The notes under the pieces: model-generated | The model's input: the letters and a program-made list of their open reading frames with translations, nothing else | Told to the model about the DNA's origin: nothing | Databases searched by the model: none | Program-made: the position numbers and the translations under genes | Assembly: GCF_000021865.1 (NCBI RefSeq) | Contig: NC_014034.1 | Location: 510,001 to 542,000, forward strand | DNA length: 32,000 bases | Origin: Rhodobacter capsulatus SB 1003 | GTDB taxonomy: Bacteria > Pseudomonadota > Alphaproteobacteria > Rhodobacterales > Rhodobacteraceae | Direction: 5' to 3' | Shown here: positions 7,766 to 16,852 of the stretch, piece after piece | How the letters are laid out: the number at the start of each line of letters is the position of its first letter | Numbering within the stretch: the stretch's first letter is position 1

Positions 7766-8467
7766 ATGACCGATCTTTCGCTTTACCCGATCACCCGCCG
7801 CTGGCCCGCGACCAATCCCGACGTGATCCAGCTTTATTCCCTGCCGACGCCGAATGGCGTCAAGGTCTCGATCCTGCTGGAGGAAACCGGCCTGCCCTAC
7901 GAAGCGCATCTGGTCAGTTTCGACACGCAAGACCAGATGACGCCCGAGTTCCTCTCGCTCAATCCCAACAACAAGATCCCGGCGATTCTCGACCCGAACG
8001 GGCCGGGGGGCAAGCCGCTTACGCTGTTCGAAAGCGGGGCGATCCTGATCTATCTGGCCGAGAAGGCGGGGCAATTCCTGCCCGAGGCGCAGCGCTATCA
8101 GGTGCTGCAATGGCTGATGTTCCAGATGGGCGGCGTCGGGCCGATGTTCGGGCAGCTGGGCTATTTCCACGCCTATGCCGGCAAGGAGATCGAGGATCCC
8201 CGCCCGAAGGAACGCTACCGCGCCGAGGTGGCGCGGCTGTTGCGGGTGCTTGATGGCGTGATGGCGGGGCGCGACTGGATCGCGGGCGATTATTCCATCG
8301 CCGATATCGCGATCTGTCCCTGGCTGCGCGGGCTGAGTGTGCATTACAAGGTCACCGATCTGGTCGGCTGGAATGACCTGCGCCACGTGCCCGCCTGGCT
8401 CGAGCGGTTCCTGGATCGCCCGGCCGTGCAGCGCGGCTTGTTGGTGCCGGAGCGTGGTCAGCCCTGA
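7766..8467 (+). CDS. Glutathione S-transferase family protein (YfcG/Nu-class-like)
   Basis: The 233-aa product contains IQLYSLPTPNGVKVSILLEETGLPYEAH, NPNNKIPAILDP, LFESGAILIYLAEK and QWLMFQMGGVGPMFGQ. An SD (aggagg) lies upstream of the start. Confidence 0.85.
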   Translation: MTDLSLYPITRRWPATNPDVIQLYSLPTPNGVKVSILLEETGLPYEAHLVSFDTQDQMTPEFLSLNPNNKIPAILDPNGPGGKPLTLFESGAILIYLAEKAGQFLPEAQRYQVLQWLMFQMGGVGPMFGQLGYFHAYAGKEIEDPRPKERYRAEVARLLRVLDGVMAGRDWIAGDYSIADIAICPWLRGLSVHYKVTDLVGWNDLRHVPAWLERFLDRPAVQRGLLVPERGQP

Positions 8468-9111
8468 GACGGGCTGCCCGTCATGCCGCGGCCGACCCGT
8501 TCGGCGATTCGCGCCGCAAGCCAGGCCATCCAGCCTTCGGGCTGGGTGAAATGAAAGGGCGAGCCCTCGGGCATCGGGATCGGCGCTCCGGCCTGACGGG
8601 CCTCGGCCTCGCGCCGGGCGGCGGCGATGATCTGCGCCGGGCTGCGCTCCAGCGCGGCCATGGCCAGTTCGACCGCCTCGTCCCGGGTCAGCGCCGGATC
8701 GAAGAGGTCGGGCTGCATCCCCGCGGTCTCGACAAAGGTCCGCAGCCGCGATTGCGCCGCTTCGATCCGGGCCACGGCATGGTCGCGCTGATCGGCGCGG
8801 AAGGCACGTTCCAGCGGCAGGGTTTCCTCGAACGAGGACAGTTCCTCGCCCAGACCATCGATCGCCGCGGCCAGTTCCAGCGCCACTTTCGTATCATGGT
8901 TCCGGGCGATTTCGGCCTGGCAGGCCTCGATCATGTCGCGCAGCACGGTGATCCGGTGCAGCGCGATCACATCGGCGGTCTCGGCAAAGGCAATGTCGCG
9001 GGCGGCGCGGCCAAGATCGTCCATCGCCGATTCGAGCGGAAAAAGCGCCCGGGCAGGGCGGGCGGTGCCGAAAATGTTCCCGGCAAGTGTCCAGGCAGCG
9101 TCGTGAAGCAT
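8458..9111 (-). CDS. Hypothetical protein (helical, no family recognised)
   Basis: The 217-aa ORF has coding-like composition and an AAGGGGA SD upstream of ATG 9111. The competing plus-strand ORF 8551-9150 is R/G-rich and artefact-like. Confidence 0.55.
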   Translation of the reverse strand: MLHDAAWTLAGNIFGTARPARALFPLESAMDDLGRAARDIAFAETADVIALHRITVLRDMIEACQAEIARNHDTKVALELAAAIDGLGEELSSFEETLPLERAFRADQRDHAVARIEAAQSRLRTFVETAGMQPDLFDPALTRDEAVELAMAALERSPAQIIAAARREAEARQAGAPIPMPEGSPFHFTQPEGWMAWLAARIAERVGRGMTGSPSQG

Positions 9112-9212
9112 GGTGCATCCCCTTCTGGTGATGCGGTCACCCTGTCATAACGGGGTGAACAAGCGGTGAACGCCCGGCGCGATGTTCGCGTTGCGTTCCC
9201 GCTTTGCCCCGA

Positions 9213-10004
9213 TCAGTTCACGTCGCGGATGATCTTGCAGAGCGGTTCGAACAGCTCGCCATTGGCCGCGATCACCGAATTGCTTTCGAAGATGCCGCGC
9301 TCGGCGCGCACCGGGCCGACGAAGCCGCCCGCTTCCTTCACCAGGATCAGACCGGCGGCGATGTCCCAGGCGTGGATGCCGCGCTCCCAATAGCCGTCAT
9401 AGCGGCCCGAGGCGACATAGGCGAGGTCAAGCGCCGCCGAGCCGAAGCGGCGCACGCCCGCGCAGACCGGCATCAGCCGCGCCAGATCCTGCAGCGTCGC
9501 GGGCAGGGTGGAGCGGCCGCCAAAGGGCACGCCGGTCGCAAACAGCGCCTCGATCATGTGGCGCCGCCCCGAAACGCGCAGCCGGCTTTCGTTCATGAAG
9601 GCGCCAAGGCCTTTTTCCGCATAGTAAAGTTCGTCCTTGGCGGCGTCGAAGACCACGCCCGCGACAACCTCGCCCTTGTGTTCCAGCGCGATCGACACCG
9701 CCCAATGCGGCAGCCCGTGCAGGAAGTTCGTGGTGCCATCGAGCGGATCGACGATCCAGCGCCGGGTCGGGTCTTCGCCCGCTTCCTCGCCGGTTTCCTC
9801 GCCCAGCCAGCCATAGGTCGGACGCGCCCCGCGCAGCTCTTCCTTGATGATCCGTTCGGCTTCGCGGTCGGCTTTCGACACGAAATCCCCCGGCCCCTTG
9901 GAGGAGACCTGCAGGTTCTCGACCTCGCGGAAGTCCTTCACCAGAGCCCGCCCCGCCTTGCGCGCGGCCTTGATCATCAGGTTGAGGTTGGCACTGCCTT
10001 GCAT
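9213..10004 (-). CDS. suhB: Inositol monophosphatase family protein
   Basis: The 263-aa product has the IMPase motifs DFVSKADREAE, WIVDPLDGTTNF and HAWDIAAG. An AAGGAG SD lies upstream of the start. Confidence 0.9.
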   Translation of the reverse strand: MQGSANLNLMIKAARKAGRALVKDFREVENLQVSSKGPGDFVSKADREAERIIKEELRGARPTYGWLGEETGEEAGEDPTRRWIVDPLDGTTNFLHGLPHWAVSIALEHKGEVVAGVVFDAAKDELYYAEKGLGAFMNESRLRVSGRRHMIEALFATGVPFGGRSTLPATLQDLARLMPVCAGVRRFGSAALDLAYVASGRYDGYWERGIHAWDIAAGLILVKEAGGFVGPVRAERGIFESNSVIAANGELFEPLCKIIRDVN

Positions 10005-10064
10005 CGGGGGCTCCTTAGGTCACAAGCGCCTGCCTTACACGGCAGAGGTGAAGATTCCAAGAGG

Positions 10065-11261
10065 TCAGCCGCGGATCAATTCGGCCCGTTTCGGCAGGAA
10101 GATGGTCAGCACCCCCATGACCGGCAGGGTGGAGCAGATCAGATAGACGGTGCGGATGCCCCAATGGTCGGCCATCAGCCCCAGCCCCGCCGCGGCAATG
10201 CCGCCCATGCCGAAAGACAGGCCAAAGAAGATCCCGGCCACCATGCCGACGCGGCCGGGCAACAGCTCTTGTGCCAGCACGACGATGGCCGAAAAGGCCG
10301 AGGCGAGGATCAGCCCGATGCAGACCGTCAGCACGCCCGAGGCGACAAGCCCGACATGCGGCAAGGCGAGGGTGAAGGGCAAAACGCCCAGGATCGAGAT
10401 CCAGATCACCACCATCGGCCCGAACCGGTCGGCGACCGGCCCGCCCAGCACGGTTCCGGCCGCGACCGAGCCAAGGAACAGGAACAGCATCAGCTGCGCC
10501 GTGCGGGTGTCGACGCCGAAACTCTCGATCAGGTAGAAGGTGTAATAGGAATGCAGCGATGCCATGTAGGCGTTCTTCGAAAAGGTCAGGATCACCAGAA
10601 CCGAGATCGCGGCGATGGTCCGGCCCTTCGACACCGGCAGGGTCTTGTCGACCGGCCTTTTCGCCCGCGCGGCCAGATGGCCGGCATACCAGCGGCTGAC
10701 CTGCGTCAGCACGATCCCCGACAGCACCGCCAGCGCGGCAAAGATCGCGACCGAGGGGCGGCCAAAGGGCAGCACGACGAAAGCCGCCAGGAGCGGGCCG
10801 ATCGAGGTGCCGAAATTGCCGCCGACCTGAAACACCGATTGCGCAAGGCCGAACCGCCCGCCCGAGGCGACCCGGGCGACGCGGCTTGATTCGGGGTGAA
10901 AGATCGCCGAGCCCAGCCCGACCAGCATCGCCGCCGCGATCAGCGCCGGATAGCTGGGCGCAAAGGCCAGCCCCATCACGCCCAGAAAGGTGCAGCAGGA
11001 CGCCAGCGGCAGCGACCAGGGCTGCGGTTTCGCATCGGTGTAAATCCCGATCGCCGGTTGCAACAGCGAGGCCGTGCCCTGAAACGCCAGCGTCAAAAGC
11101 CCGATCTGCCAGTATTGCAGCGCGAAATCGTGCTTCAGGATCGGATAGATCGACGACAGCATCGACTGCATCACATCATTGAGCATGTGGCAGGCGGATA
11201 CGGCCAGAAGGATCGGGAACACGGTCGCTTGCGCGGCGCGCGGCTGGGGAATGGCGGTCAT
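10065..11261 (-). CDS. MFS transporter (Fsr / fosmidomycin-resistance-like)
   Basis: The 398-aa product has about 12 hydrophobic segments. Its N-terminus FPILLAVSACHMLNDVMQSMLSSIYPILK is typical of the Fsr subfamily. Confidence 0.8.
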   Translation of the reverse strand: MTAIPQPRAAQATVFPILLAVSACHMLNDVMQSMLSSIYPILKHDFALQYWQIGLLTLAFQGTASLLQPAIGIYTDAKPQPWSLPLASCCTFLGVMGLAFAPSYPALIAAAMLVGLGSAIFHPESSRVARVASGGRFGLAQSVFQVGGNFGTSIGPLLAAFVVLPFGRPSVAIFAALAVLSGIVLTQVSRWYAGHLAARAKRPVDKTLPVSKGRTIAAISVLVILTFSKNAYMASLHSYYTFYLIESFGVDTRTAQLMLFLFLGSVAAGTVLGGPVADRFGPMVVIWISILGVLPFTLALPHVGLVASGVLTVCIGLILASAFSAIVVLAQELLPGRVGMVAGIFFGLSFGMGGIAAAGLGLMADHWGIRTVYLICSTLPVMGVLTIFLPKRAELIRG

Positions 11262-11357
11262 GGATGGTCCTCGGGCTGAGGCCGCGATCTAATCCCGGCC
11301 CCGATGCCGCGTCACGCGCAACTTTGTGACGGTTACATCACCCTTGCGTGACGGGGC

Positions 11358-12263
11358 TTACGCCCGTTGCAGCTTCACCGGCTCGGTCCGCGCCAGCCGC
11401 AGGAAATGCGCCATATAGGGCTCGGTCACGTCTTCCTCGCGCGTGGCCGCATAAAGCCGCTTCGTCAGGCCCTGTTCGGTCACCCGCTTGGTGACGTAAT
11501 CGGGCTGATATTTCACCTCGCGCAGCACCCAGTCGGGCAGCACCGCCACCCCCCGCCCCGAGGCGACCAGCATCAGGATGACCGTTGTCAGCTCCACCTG
11601 CCGATGCGCTTTCGGCTCCACCTTGGCGGGGGTCAGCAGCAGCGAGAACACATCCGACCGCGCCCGGTCGATCGGATAGGTCAAAAGCGTCTGATCGGCG
11701 AAATCCCTTGCCTCGACAAAGGGTTTCGCGGCCAGCGGGCTGTTGGCCGAGGCGATGAAGGTGGGCGAATAGTCGAACAGCGGGTTGAAGGTGATGCCCT
11801 CGATCCGCTCGGGGTCGGAGGAGATCACCAGATCGACATCTTCGCGCGCCAGCGCCTGCAGCGCGGTGAAGGCAAGGCCCGGGCGAATGTCGATGTCGAT
11901 CTCCGGCCAGACGCGGCGAAAGGCTTCCAGAACCGGGAACAGCCATTCGAAACAGGCGTGGCATTCGATGGCGATATGCAGCCGCCCGGCCCGTCCCTGC
12001 CGGATCGCGGCGAACTCCGCCTCGGTCGCGTCGATCTCGGGCAGGATGCGCTCGGCCAGACGCAAGAGCTTCAGCCCCGCCGCCGACAGGCGCAAGGGCT
12101 TGGAGCGACGCGCAAAAAGCTCGACGCCCGCCTGATCCTCCAGCCCCTTGACCTGATGCGACAGCGCCGATTGCGTGATGTGCAGGATATCTGCCGCCTT
12201 CGCGAGGCCGCCCGCATCGTGAATGGCCTTGATCGTGCGCAGATGCCGAAACTCGATGTGCAT
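11358..12263 (-). CDS. metR: LysR family transcriptional regulator MetR
   Basis: The 301-aa product from the internal ATG at 12263 starts MHIEFRHLRTIKAIHDAGGLAKAADILHITQSALSHQ. It contains IAIECHACFEWL, PLFDYSP and RLYAATRE, which parallel E. coli MetR. It is divergent from metF. Confidence 0.85.
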   Translation of the reverse strand: MHIEFRHLRTIKAIHDAGGLAKAADILHITQSALSHQVKGLEDQAGVELFARRSKPLRLSAAGLKLLRLAERILPEIDATEAEFAAIRQGRAGRLHIAIECHACFEWLFPVLEAFRRVWPEIDIDIRPGLAFTALQALAREDVDLVISSDPERIEGITFNPLFDYSPTFIASANSPLAAKPFVEARDFADQTLLTYPIDRARSDVFSLLLTPAKVEPKAHRQVELTTVILMLVASGRGVAVLPDWVLREVKYQPDYVTKRVTEQGLTKRLYAATREEDVTEPYMAHFLRLARTEPVKLQRA

Positions 12264-12357
12264 TATGAGCCGCGCCTCATCACCTTCTTGAAGATTATGA
12301 ATTTGTCTCACATCGCGGAATCGGCGACAAGGGGACAACACAAAAAGGATGCCCCCG

Positions 12358-13224
12358 ATGACCACGCCGCATGTCAGCTTTGAATTCTTCCCGCCGCAGA
12401 CGCTCGACGCCTCGTTCCGGCTGTGGGAGACGGCGCAGGTTCTGGCGCCGCTCAAGCCCGGCTTCGTCTCGGTCACCTATGGCGCGGGCGGCACCACCCG
12501 CAAGCTGACGCATGAGGCCGTGGCGGCGATCCACAAGAATTACGGCCTGAACGTCGCCGCGCATCTGACCTGCGTCGATGCGACCCGGGCCGAAACGCAA
12601 GAGATCATCGACGCCTATGCCGAGGCTGGCGTCACCGAGATTGTCGCGCTGCGCGGTGATCCGCCGAAAGGCGCCGCCCGCTTCACGCCGCATCCGGACG
12701 GGTTTGCCTCCTCGGTGGACCTCATCGAATGGCTGGCGCGGGACGGCCGCTTCACGCTGCGCTGCGGCGCCTATCCGGAACCGCATCCGGAAGCCGCCGA
12801 CACGCTGGCCGACGTGCGCTGGCTGAAACGCAAATGCGAGGCGGGGGCGACCTCGGCGATCACGCAATTCTTCTTTGAAGCCGAGACCTTCTTCCGCTTC
12901 CGCGACGCCTGCGTGAAGGAAGGGATCACCGCCAAGATCATCCCGGGCATCCTGCCGATCCAGTCCTGGAAAGGCGCCAAGAGCTTTGCGCAGCGCTGCG
13001 GCACCTCGATCCCGACCTGGGTCGAAGAGGCCTTTGACCATGCGATCCGCGACGACCGCGAACAGCTGCTGGCCACGGCGCTGTGCACGGAGCTCTGCGA
13101 CAACCTGATCGCGGGCGGGGTGGAGGATCTGCATTTCTACACGCTGAACCGGCCGCAGATGACCCGCGATGTCTGCCATGCGCTGGGCGTCAACCCGGGT
13201 GTGGTGCTGGAAAACGTCGCCTGA
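12358..13224 (+). CDS. metF: Methylenetetrahydrofolate reductase
   Basis: The product contains MTTPHVSFEFFPP, FVSVTYGAGG, NVAAHLTC and IVALRGDPP. I prefer the ATG at 12358 (AAAGGA 7-8 nt upstream) over the ATG at 12349, which abuts the SD. Confidence 0.92.
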   Translation: MTTPHVSFEFFPPQTLDASFRLWETAQVLAPLKPGFVSVTYGAGGTTRKLTHEAVAAIHKNYGLNVAAHLTCVDATRAETQEIIDAYAEAGVTEIVALRGDPPKGAARFTPHPDGFASSVDLIEWLARDGRFTLRCGAYPEPHPEAADTLADVRWLKRKCEAGATSAITQFFFEAETFFRFRDACVKEGITAKIIPGILPIQSWKGAKSFAQRCGTSIPTWVEEAFDHAIRDDREQLLATALCTELCDNLIAGGVEDLHFYTLNRPQMTRDVCHALGVNPGVVLENVA

Positions 13225-13257
13225 TCCGATCGGCGGATCTGACGCAACGGAACTTTT

Positions 13258-13280
13258 GGGGGGGGCTTCGGCCCCCTTTT
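13258..13280 (+). terminator. Rho-independent terminator of metF
   Basis: The stem gggggc pairs with gccccc around a ttcg loop (13261-13276) and is followed by TTTT (13277-13280). Confidence 0.7.
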
Positions 13281-13324
13281 CCGTTTCCTTCCCCTGCGTC
13301 ACGCTGGCGCAAAGGGAGAATGCG

Positions 13325-13819
13325 ATGACCGAACCGACCTATGCCGCGGGGCCCGCGGATTTTCTGTCGCTGGCCGAGGTGCAGGCGATGACCGGCCTTG
13401 ACTACATGCGCGCGATGCTGGCGGGGCAGGTGCCCACGACGACCTTTGCGCGCGGCTGCAATTACCGCATCACCCGGGTCGAGCCCGGGCTGGTCGAGGT
13501 GACGGGCACGCCGGGGCACGAGCACACCAACGCTTTCGGCGGCGTGCATGGCGGCTGGTACGGGGTGCTTCTGGATACGGCGCTGACCTGCGCGGTGATC
13601 ACCGGGCTCAAACGCGGGCAGTATCAGACGACGACAGAATACAAGGTCAACATGCTGCGCGCGATCCCCCCGGGGACCGAGGTCCGCGCCATCGGCCGGG
13701 TCGAGCATGTCGGACGCTCGACCGGCGTCGCGCGGGGCGAGATTGTCGGCACCGCCGATGGCAAGACCTATGCCCTTGGCACCGCCACCTGTCTGATCAT
13801 GGGGGCCTCGGCCGGATAG
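13325..13819 (+). CDS. PaaI family (hotdog-fold) thioesterase
   Basis: The 164-aa product from ATG 13325 follows the SD aagggaga. Its core, HTNAFGGVHGGWYGVLLDTAL...EYKVNMLRA...GRVEHVGRSTGVARGEI, is a typical PaaI/4HBT pattern. Confidence 0.8.
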   Translation: MTEPTYAAGPADFLSLAEVQAMTGLDYMRAMLAGQVPTTTFARGCNYRITRVEPGLVEVTGTPGHEHTNAFGGVHGGWYGVLLDTALTCAVITGLKRGQYQTTTEYKVNMLRAIPPGTEVRAIGRVEHVGRSTGVARGEIVGTADGKTYALGTATCLIMGASAG

Positions 13820-14916
13820 GGCGCCAGCGCCAGTTCCGGTTTCGGGCCGCGGCGCTTCAGCCCGGTGCCGACGCGGATCCACCATTCCAGCTTGCGCCGT
13901 CGCACCGATTCGTGCAGCCGTTCCGACCCGTCCACGCCCACCCGGCGCGGCTGGCGCATGATGAAGAACTTGCCCCAGCCGCCCCAGCTGCCGACCGAAG
14001 GCGCGGCGGGATCGCAGGGAAATCCCGCCTGCCAGCCCGCGGGCAGGGTCAGGCCAAGAGCCTCGGCCTGTTCCAGCATCCAGACCAGCGGAATGTTCGA
14101 CAAGGGCCGGGCGGCGTCGTAATCGGCCAGCTGCCCGCCCACATCGGCATGACAGCCGCGAAACCAGACCTGCTCGATCCGCGTGGCGCCGGAGCCGTCG
14201 CTGTTCCACAGCAGCGGCGACAGCACCGGCCGCGTCTCGTGCAGCGCCAGCGCCTGAAACCCGTGCCGGACCGACCGGCCCAGCCGGTGATCGTGAAACC
14301 GGACCCGATCCGCGCTCATCGTCCAGAACAGCGGCAACCGCACCCCCAGCGCCGCCACCGTGTCAAAGACCCCGACCATCTCGATCGGCGCCGAAGGGTG
14401 ACAGAGCGCATCGCGAAAGGCCACGGGCGAGACCTCGGCCCGGTAATGCCGCCAGGCCTGTTCGACGTTGCGTTCGGTCGCGGCATCCTTGCGCAGCAGA
14501 CCGACGCGCTCGATCAGCCCGGCCAGCGAGCGCGCGGCAAAGGCGCCCCGCGAATAGCCGATGAGGAAAATCCGGTCGCCCGGACGGTAGCGCATCGCCA
14601 GCCAGCCATAGGCGCGCAGGATCTGCGCCTCCACCCCCCAGCCCAGCCAGATATCCTTGAGATCGCGCCATTCCCGATATTGCAGCCCCTTGCCGTAATA
14701 GACCGAGGCCCGCGGCGAGGCCCGGCGCAAAAAGCGGTAGATCATCCCGATCGAGGTCAGATGCGCCTGCGACAGCGAGCCGAGCGTGCCGTCGAGCAGC
14801 ACCACATGGTCCACGGATCCGCGCGCCGGACGCGGGGGGGGGCTGGTATCGCCGCCTGCCGCACTGGCCTTGCGTTGCCGCCATTTCCCGAACACGCGAT
14901 GCAACAGTCCGACCAT
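13768..14916 (-). CDS. DUF2235 (Tle1-like alpha/beta hydrolase) domain protein
   Basis: The 382-aa product contains HVVLLDGT, YYGKG, a GYSRGA nucleophile elbow (GxSxG), VGVFDTVAALG and WFRGCHADVGG, which are DUF2235 hallmarks. Its 3' end overlaps the convergent thioesterase gene by 52 nt. Confidence 0.8.
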   Translation of the reverse strand: MVGLLHRVFGKWRQRKASAAGGDTSPPPRPARGSVDHVVLLDGTLGSLSQAHLTSIGMIYRFLRRASPRASVYYGKGLQYREWRDLKDIWLGWGVEAQILRAYGWLAMRYRPGDRIFLIGYSRGAFAARSLAGLIERVGLLRKDAATERNVEQAWRHYRAEVSPVAFRDALCHPSAPIEMVGVFDTVAALGVRLPLFWTMSADRVRFHDHRLGRSVRHGFQALALHETRPVLSPLLWNSDGSGATRIEQVWFRGCHADVGGQLADYDAARPLSNIPLVWMLEQAEALGLTLPAGWQAGFPCDPAAPSVGSWGGWGKFFIMRQPRRVGVDGSERLHESVRRRKLEWWIRVGTGLKRRGPKPELALAPYPAEAPMIRQVAVPRA

Positions 14917-14980
14917 GACGCGACCCCGTCGTCTGCGGCCCTGAATGTCAACGGCCTCACCCTGAATTTAGGGCAAGGCC

Positions 14981-14996
14981 GTTAATCCTCAATTAC
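14981..14996 (-). promoter_or_regulatory. Candidate CtrA-type box upstream of the DUF2235 gene
   Basis: The minus strand reads GTAA-TTGAGGA-TTAAC, 8 of 9 positions of the consensus TTAA-N7-TTAAC. It lies 65-80 nt upstream of ATG 14916, and a TTGACA hexamer lies between the box and the ATG. This is a motif match only. Confidence 0.25.
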
Positions 14997-15041
14997 GCGC
15001 GCGCCAAAGTGTCGCGGATCTCCGCAACTGTTGCCGCAAGG

Positions 15042-16187
15042 TCAGCCTTTCAGCGCCAGCGCGGTGACGATTTCCATCTGCCCGAAGCCGTTGAACCGGG
15101 TGTTGGTGGCCGAGCAATAGGCACCCATGCCGTGGAACACCACGTAATCGCCCTCGGACAGTTCGGCGGGAAGGGCGACATCCCCCGGCAGCCGGTCGAC
15201 CGAATCGCAGGTCGGGCCGAAGACGATGCGCTCGACCATGTCGCCGCCGCGTTCGAACCCCTCGGGCGACCAGACCTCGATCCGCTCGATGTTGCCGATC
15301 AGCGGCAGTTCCGCCAGACCGCCATAGACACCGTCGTTCAGGAACACATGCGTGTCGTCGCGCAGCGCCTTGACCTTGGTGATATGGGTGAAGGCATCGC
15401 CCACCAGCCCGCGGCCGGGTTCGCAGACCAGAATCGGACGGTCAGAGCCGAAAGCCTCGGTCGTGGCGCGGTCGATCAGCGCGAAGATGTCCTCGAGCAC
15501 CGGCGCCGGGCCCATCTTGCGATGGTTCGGGAAGCCGCCGCCGACGTTCAGCCGATGCGCCCGCACCCCCGCCGTCGCACAGATTTCCGAGGCGACGAGG
15601 ATATAGGCCTCCCAGGCGGCCGGATCGGTGCATTGCGTGCCCGGGTGGAAGGTGAGCGAGGGGATGAACCCGGCGTCCGCGGCGCGGCGCAGCAATTCCG
15701 CCGCCAGATCCGCGGTGGCGCCGAACTTGGCGCCGAAGTTGTAGGCGGCCCCCTGCACCGGCAGCTTGAAGCGCACCGAGATTTCGCACTTCTCGGCGGG
15801 CACCATCTCGATCAGCTTGTCCAGCTCCGAGCGCGAATCGACCGACCAGGTCTTCACCCCTGCCCGCACCGCATGGGCGATTTCCTCGCGCCCGCGGACC
15901 GGGTTGTGGTAATGCAGCGCGGCCCCGGGGGCGAGACGACGGATGAGATCGATCTCGAAGGGCGAGGCGACGTCGAACCCCTTGACGCCCGCGGCGACAA
16001 GGTTCTGGATCACCATTTCATCCGGGTTCGACTTCACCGCATAGGTGACGACGCCCGGAAAGCCCTTGAGGAACCGCCGCGCGGTCGCCTGCAACGCGGT
16101 GGGCGAGAACACCAGCACCGGATGATCGGGTTGTTTCGTACGGATGATTTCGGACGGTTGAGTCCAAATAGTTTTGGAAAGTCCCAT
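15042..16187 (-). CDS. Type III PLP-dependent (alanine racemase-fold) ornithine/lysine decarboxylase
   Basis: The 381-aa product has the PLP-lysine motif YAVKSN, plus VGGGFP, CEPGRGLV and GPTCDSVD. A GAGGAG SD lies upstream of the start. Confidence 0.88.
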   Translation of the reverse strand: MGLSKTIWTQPSEIIRTKQPDHPVLVFSPTALQATARRFLKGFPGVVTYAVKSNPDEMVIQNLVAAGVKGFDVASPFEIDLIRRLAPGAALHYHNPVRGREEIAHAVRAGVKTWSVDSRSELDKLIEMVPAEKCEISVRFKLPVQGAAYNFGAKFGATADLAAELLRRAADAGFIPSLTFHPGTQCTDPAAWEAYILVASEICATAGVRAHRLNVGGGFPNHRKMGPAPVLEDIFALIDRATTEAFGSDRPILVCEPGRGLVGDAFTHITKVKALRDDTHVFLNDGVYGGLAELPLIGNIERIEVWSPEGFERGGDMVERIVFGPTCDSVDRLPGDVALPAELSEGDYVVFHGMGAYCSATNTRFNGFGQMEIVTALALKG

Positions 16188-16357
16188 CGGCTTCTCCTCG
16201 CCAATAGAACGCAGCCACCTCTTGCCCCGGCTATGTTACGGGTGGGGAGACGCTTACGACGCGTTTCGACCTAACCCAGGCCAGGTGCGTATGAGCCGCC
16301 CTTTTCCTGCTCTCTCAGAATGCGCGATATGATGCACATTTTCACCGATCAAAAGAG

Positions 16358-16385
16358 TAGAAATGCGGCGATCAGTCGTTATAAT
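16358..16385 (+). promoter_or_regulatory. Possible sigma-70-type promoter of the second Lrp gene
   Basis: A perfect TATAAT lies at 16380-16385, with TAGAAA 16 nt upstream. Both are inside the only AT-rich stretch of the 233-nt divergent intergenic region. Confidence 0.3.
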
Positions 16386-16420
16386 GACGAAATCATCGGT
16401 CAATCTGCAAGTGTTGCACA

Positions 16421-16852
16421 ATGGACGAACTGGATACGGCAATCGTGGGGCTGCTGTCGGGCGATGCCCGGATTTCGGTGGCGACTTTGTCGCGCCGGCT
16501 GAAGGTTGCGCGCTCCACCATTCAGGCCCGGCTGGAGCGGCTGGAGACCTCGGGCGTGATCGCGGGCTACACCGTGAAGCTGGGCGAAGCGGCCCGGGCG
16601 GGGCGGCTGCGGGCCACCGTTTTGCTGATGGTGGAACCCCGCGCGCAGGCGGGCATCCTGACCCGGTTGAAGTCGATCCCCGAGGTCGAGCGGATCTCGA
16701 CCACCTCCGGCCGGATCGATCTTTTGCTGCAGGTGGCGGCGAATTCGACGGCGCAGCTCGATGTGGTTCTGGACCAGATCGGCGAGATGCAGGGGGTGCG
16801 CAGTTCCGAAAGCCTGATCCATCTGAGCACCAAGCTTGACCGGGCGGTCTGA
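16421..16852 (+). CDS. Lrp/AsnC family transcriptional regulator
   Basis: The 143-aa product starts MDELDTAIVGLLSGDARISVATLSRRLKVARSTIQARLERLETSGVIAGY and continues into a RAM domain. It is divergent from the decarboxylase gene. Confidence 0.9.
   Translation: MDELDTAIVGLLSGDARISVATLSRRLKVARSTIQARLERLETSGVIAGYTVKLGEAARAGRLRATVLLMVEPRAQAGILTRLKSIPEVERISTTSGRIDLLLQVAANSTAQLDVVLDQIGEMQGVRSSESLIHLSTKLDRAV

Noticed and set aside
9130-9175. Direct repeat ggtgaac-N5-ggtgaac and an imperfect hairpin between suhB and the hypothetical gene
   Set aside because: The repeats are short (7 nt), the stem is imperfect and there is no T-tract. The evidence is too weak to call an operator or terminator.
12264-12357. 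MetR box, LysR T-N11-A site or a SAM riboswitch in the metR-metF intergenic region
   Set aside because: I saw only loose matches: TGAA-N5-TGAA at about 12288-12300, which is tandem and not the inverted TGAA-N5-TTCA, and a 5-bp inverted repeat ATGAG-N6-CTCAT at 12265-12280. Both could arise by chance. The region of about 90 nt is too short, and I could not recognise SAM-II-like pseudoknot elements by eye.
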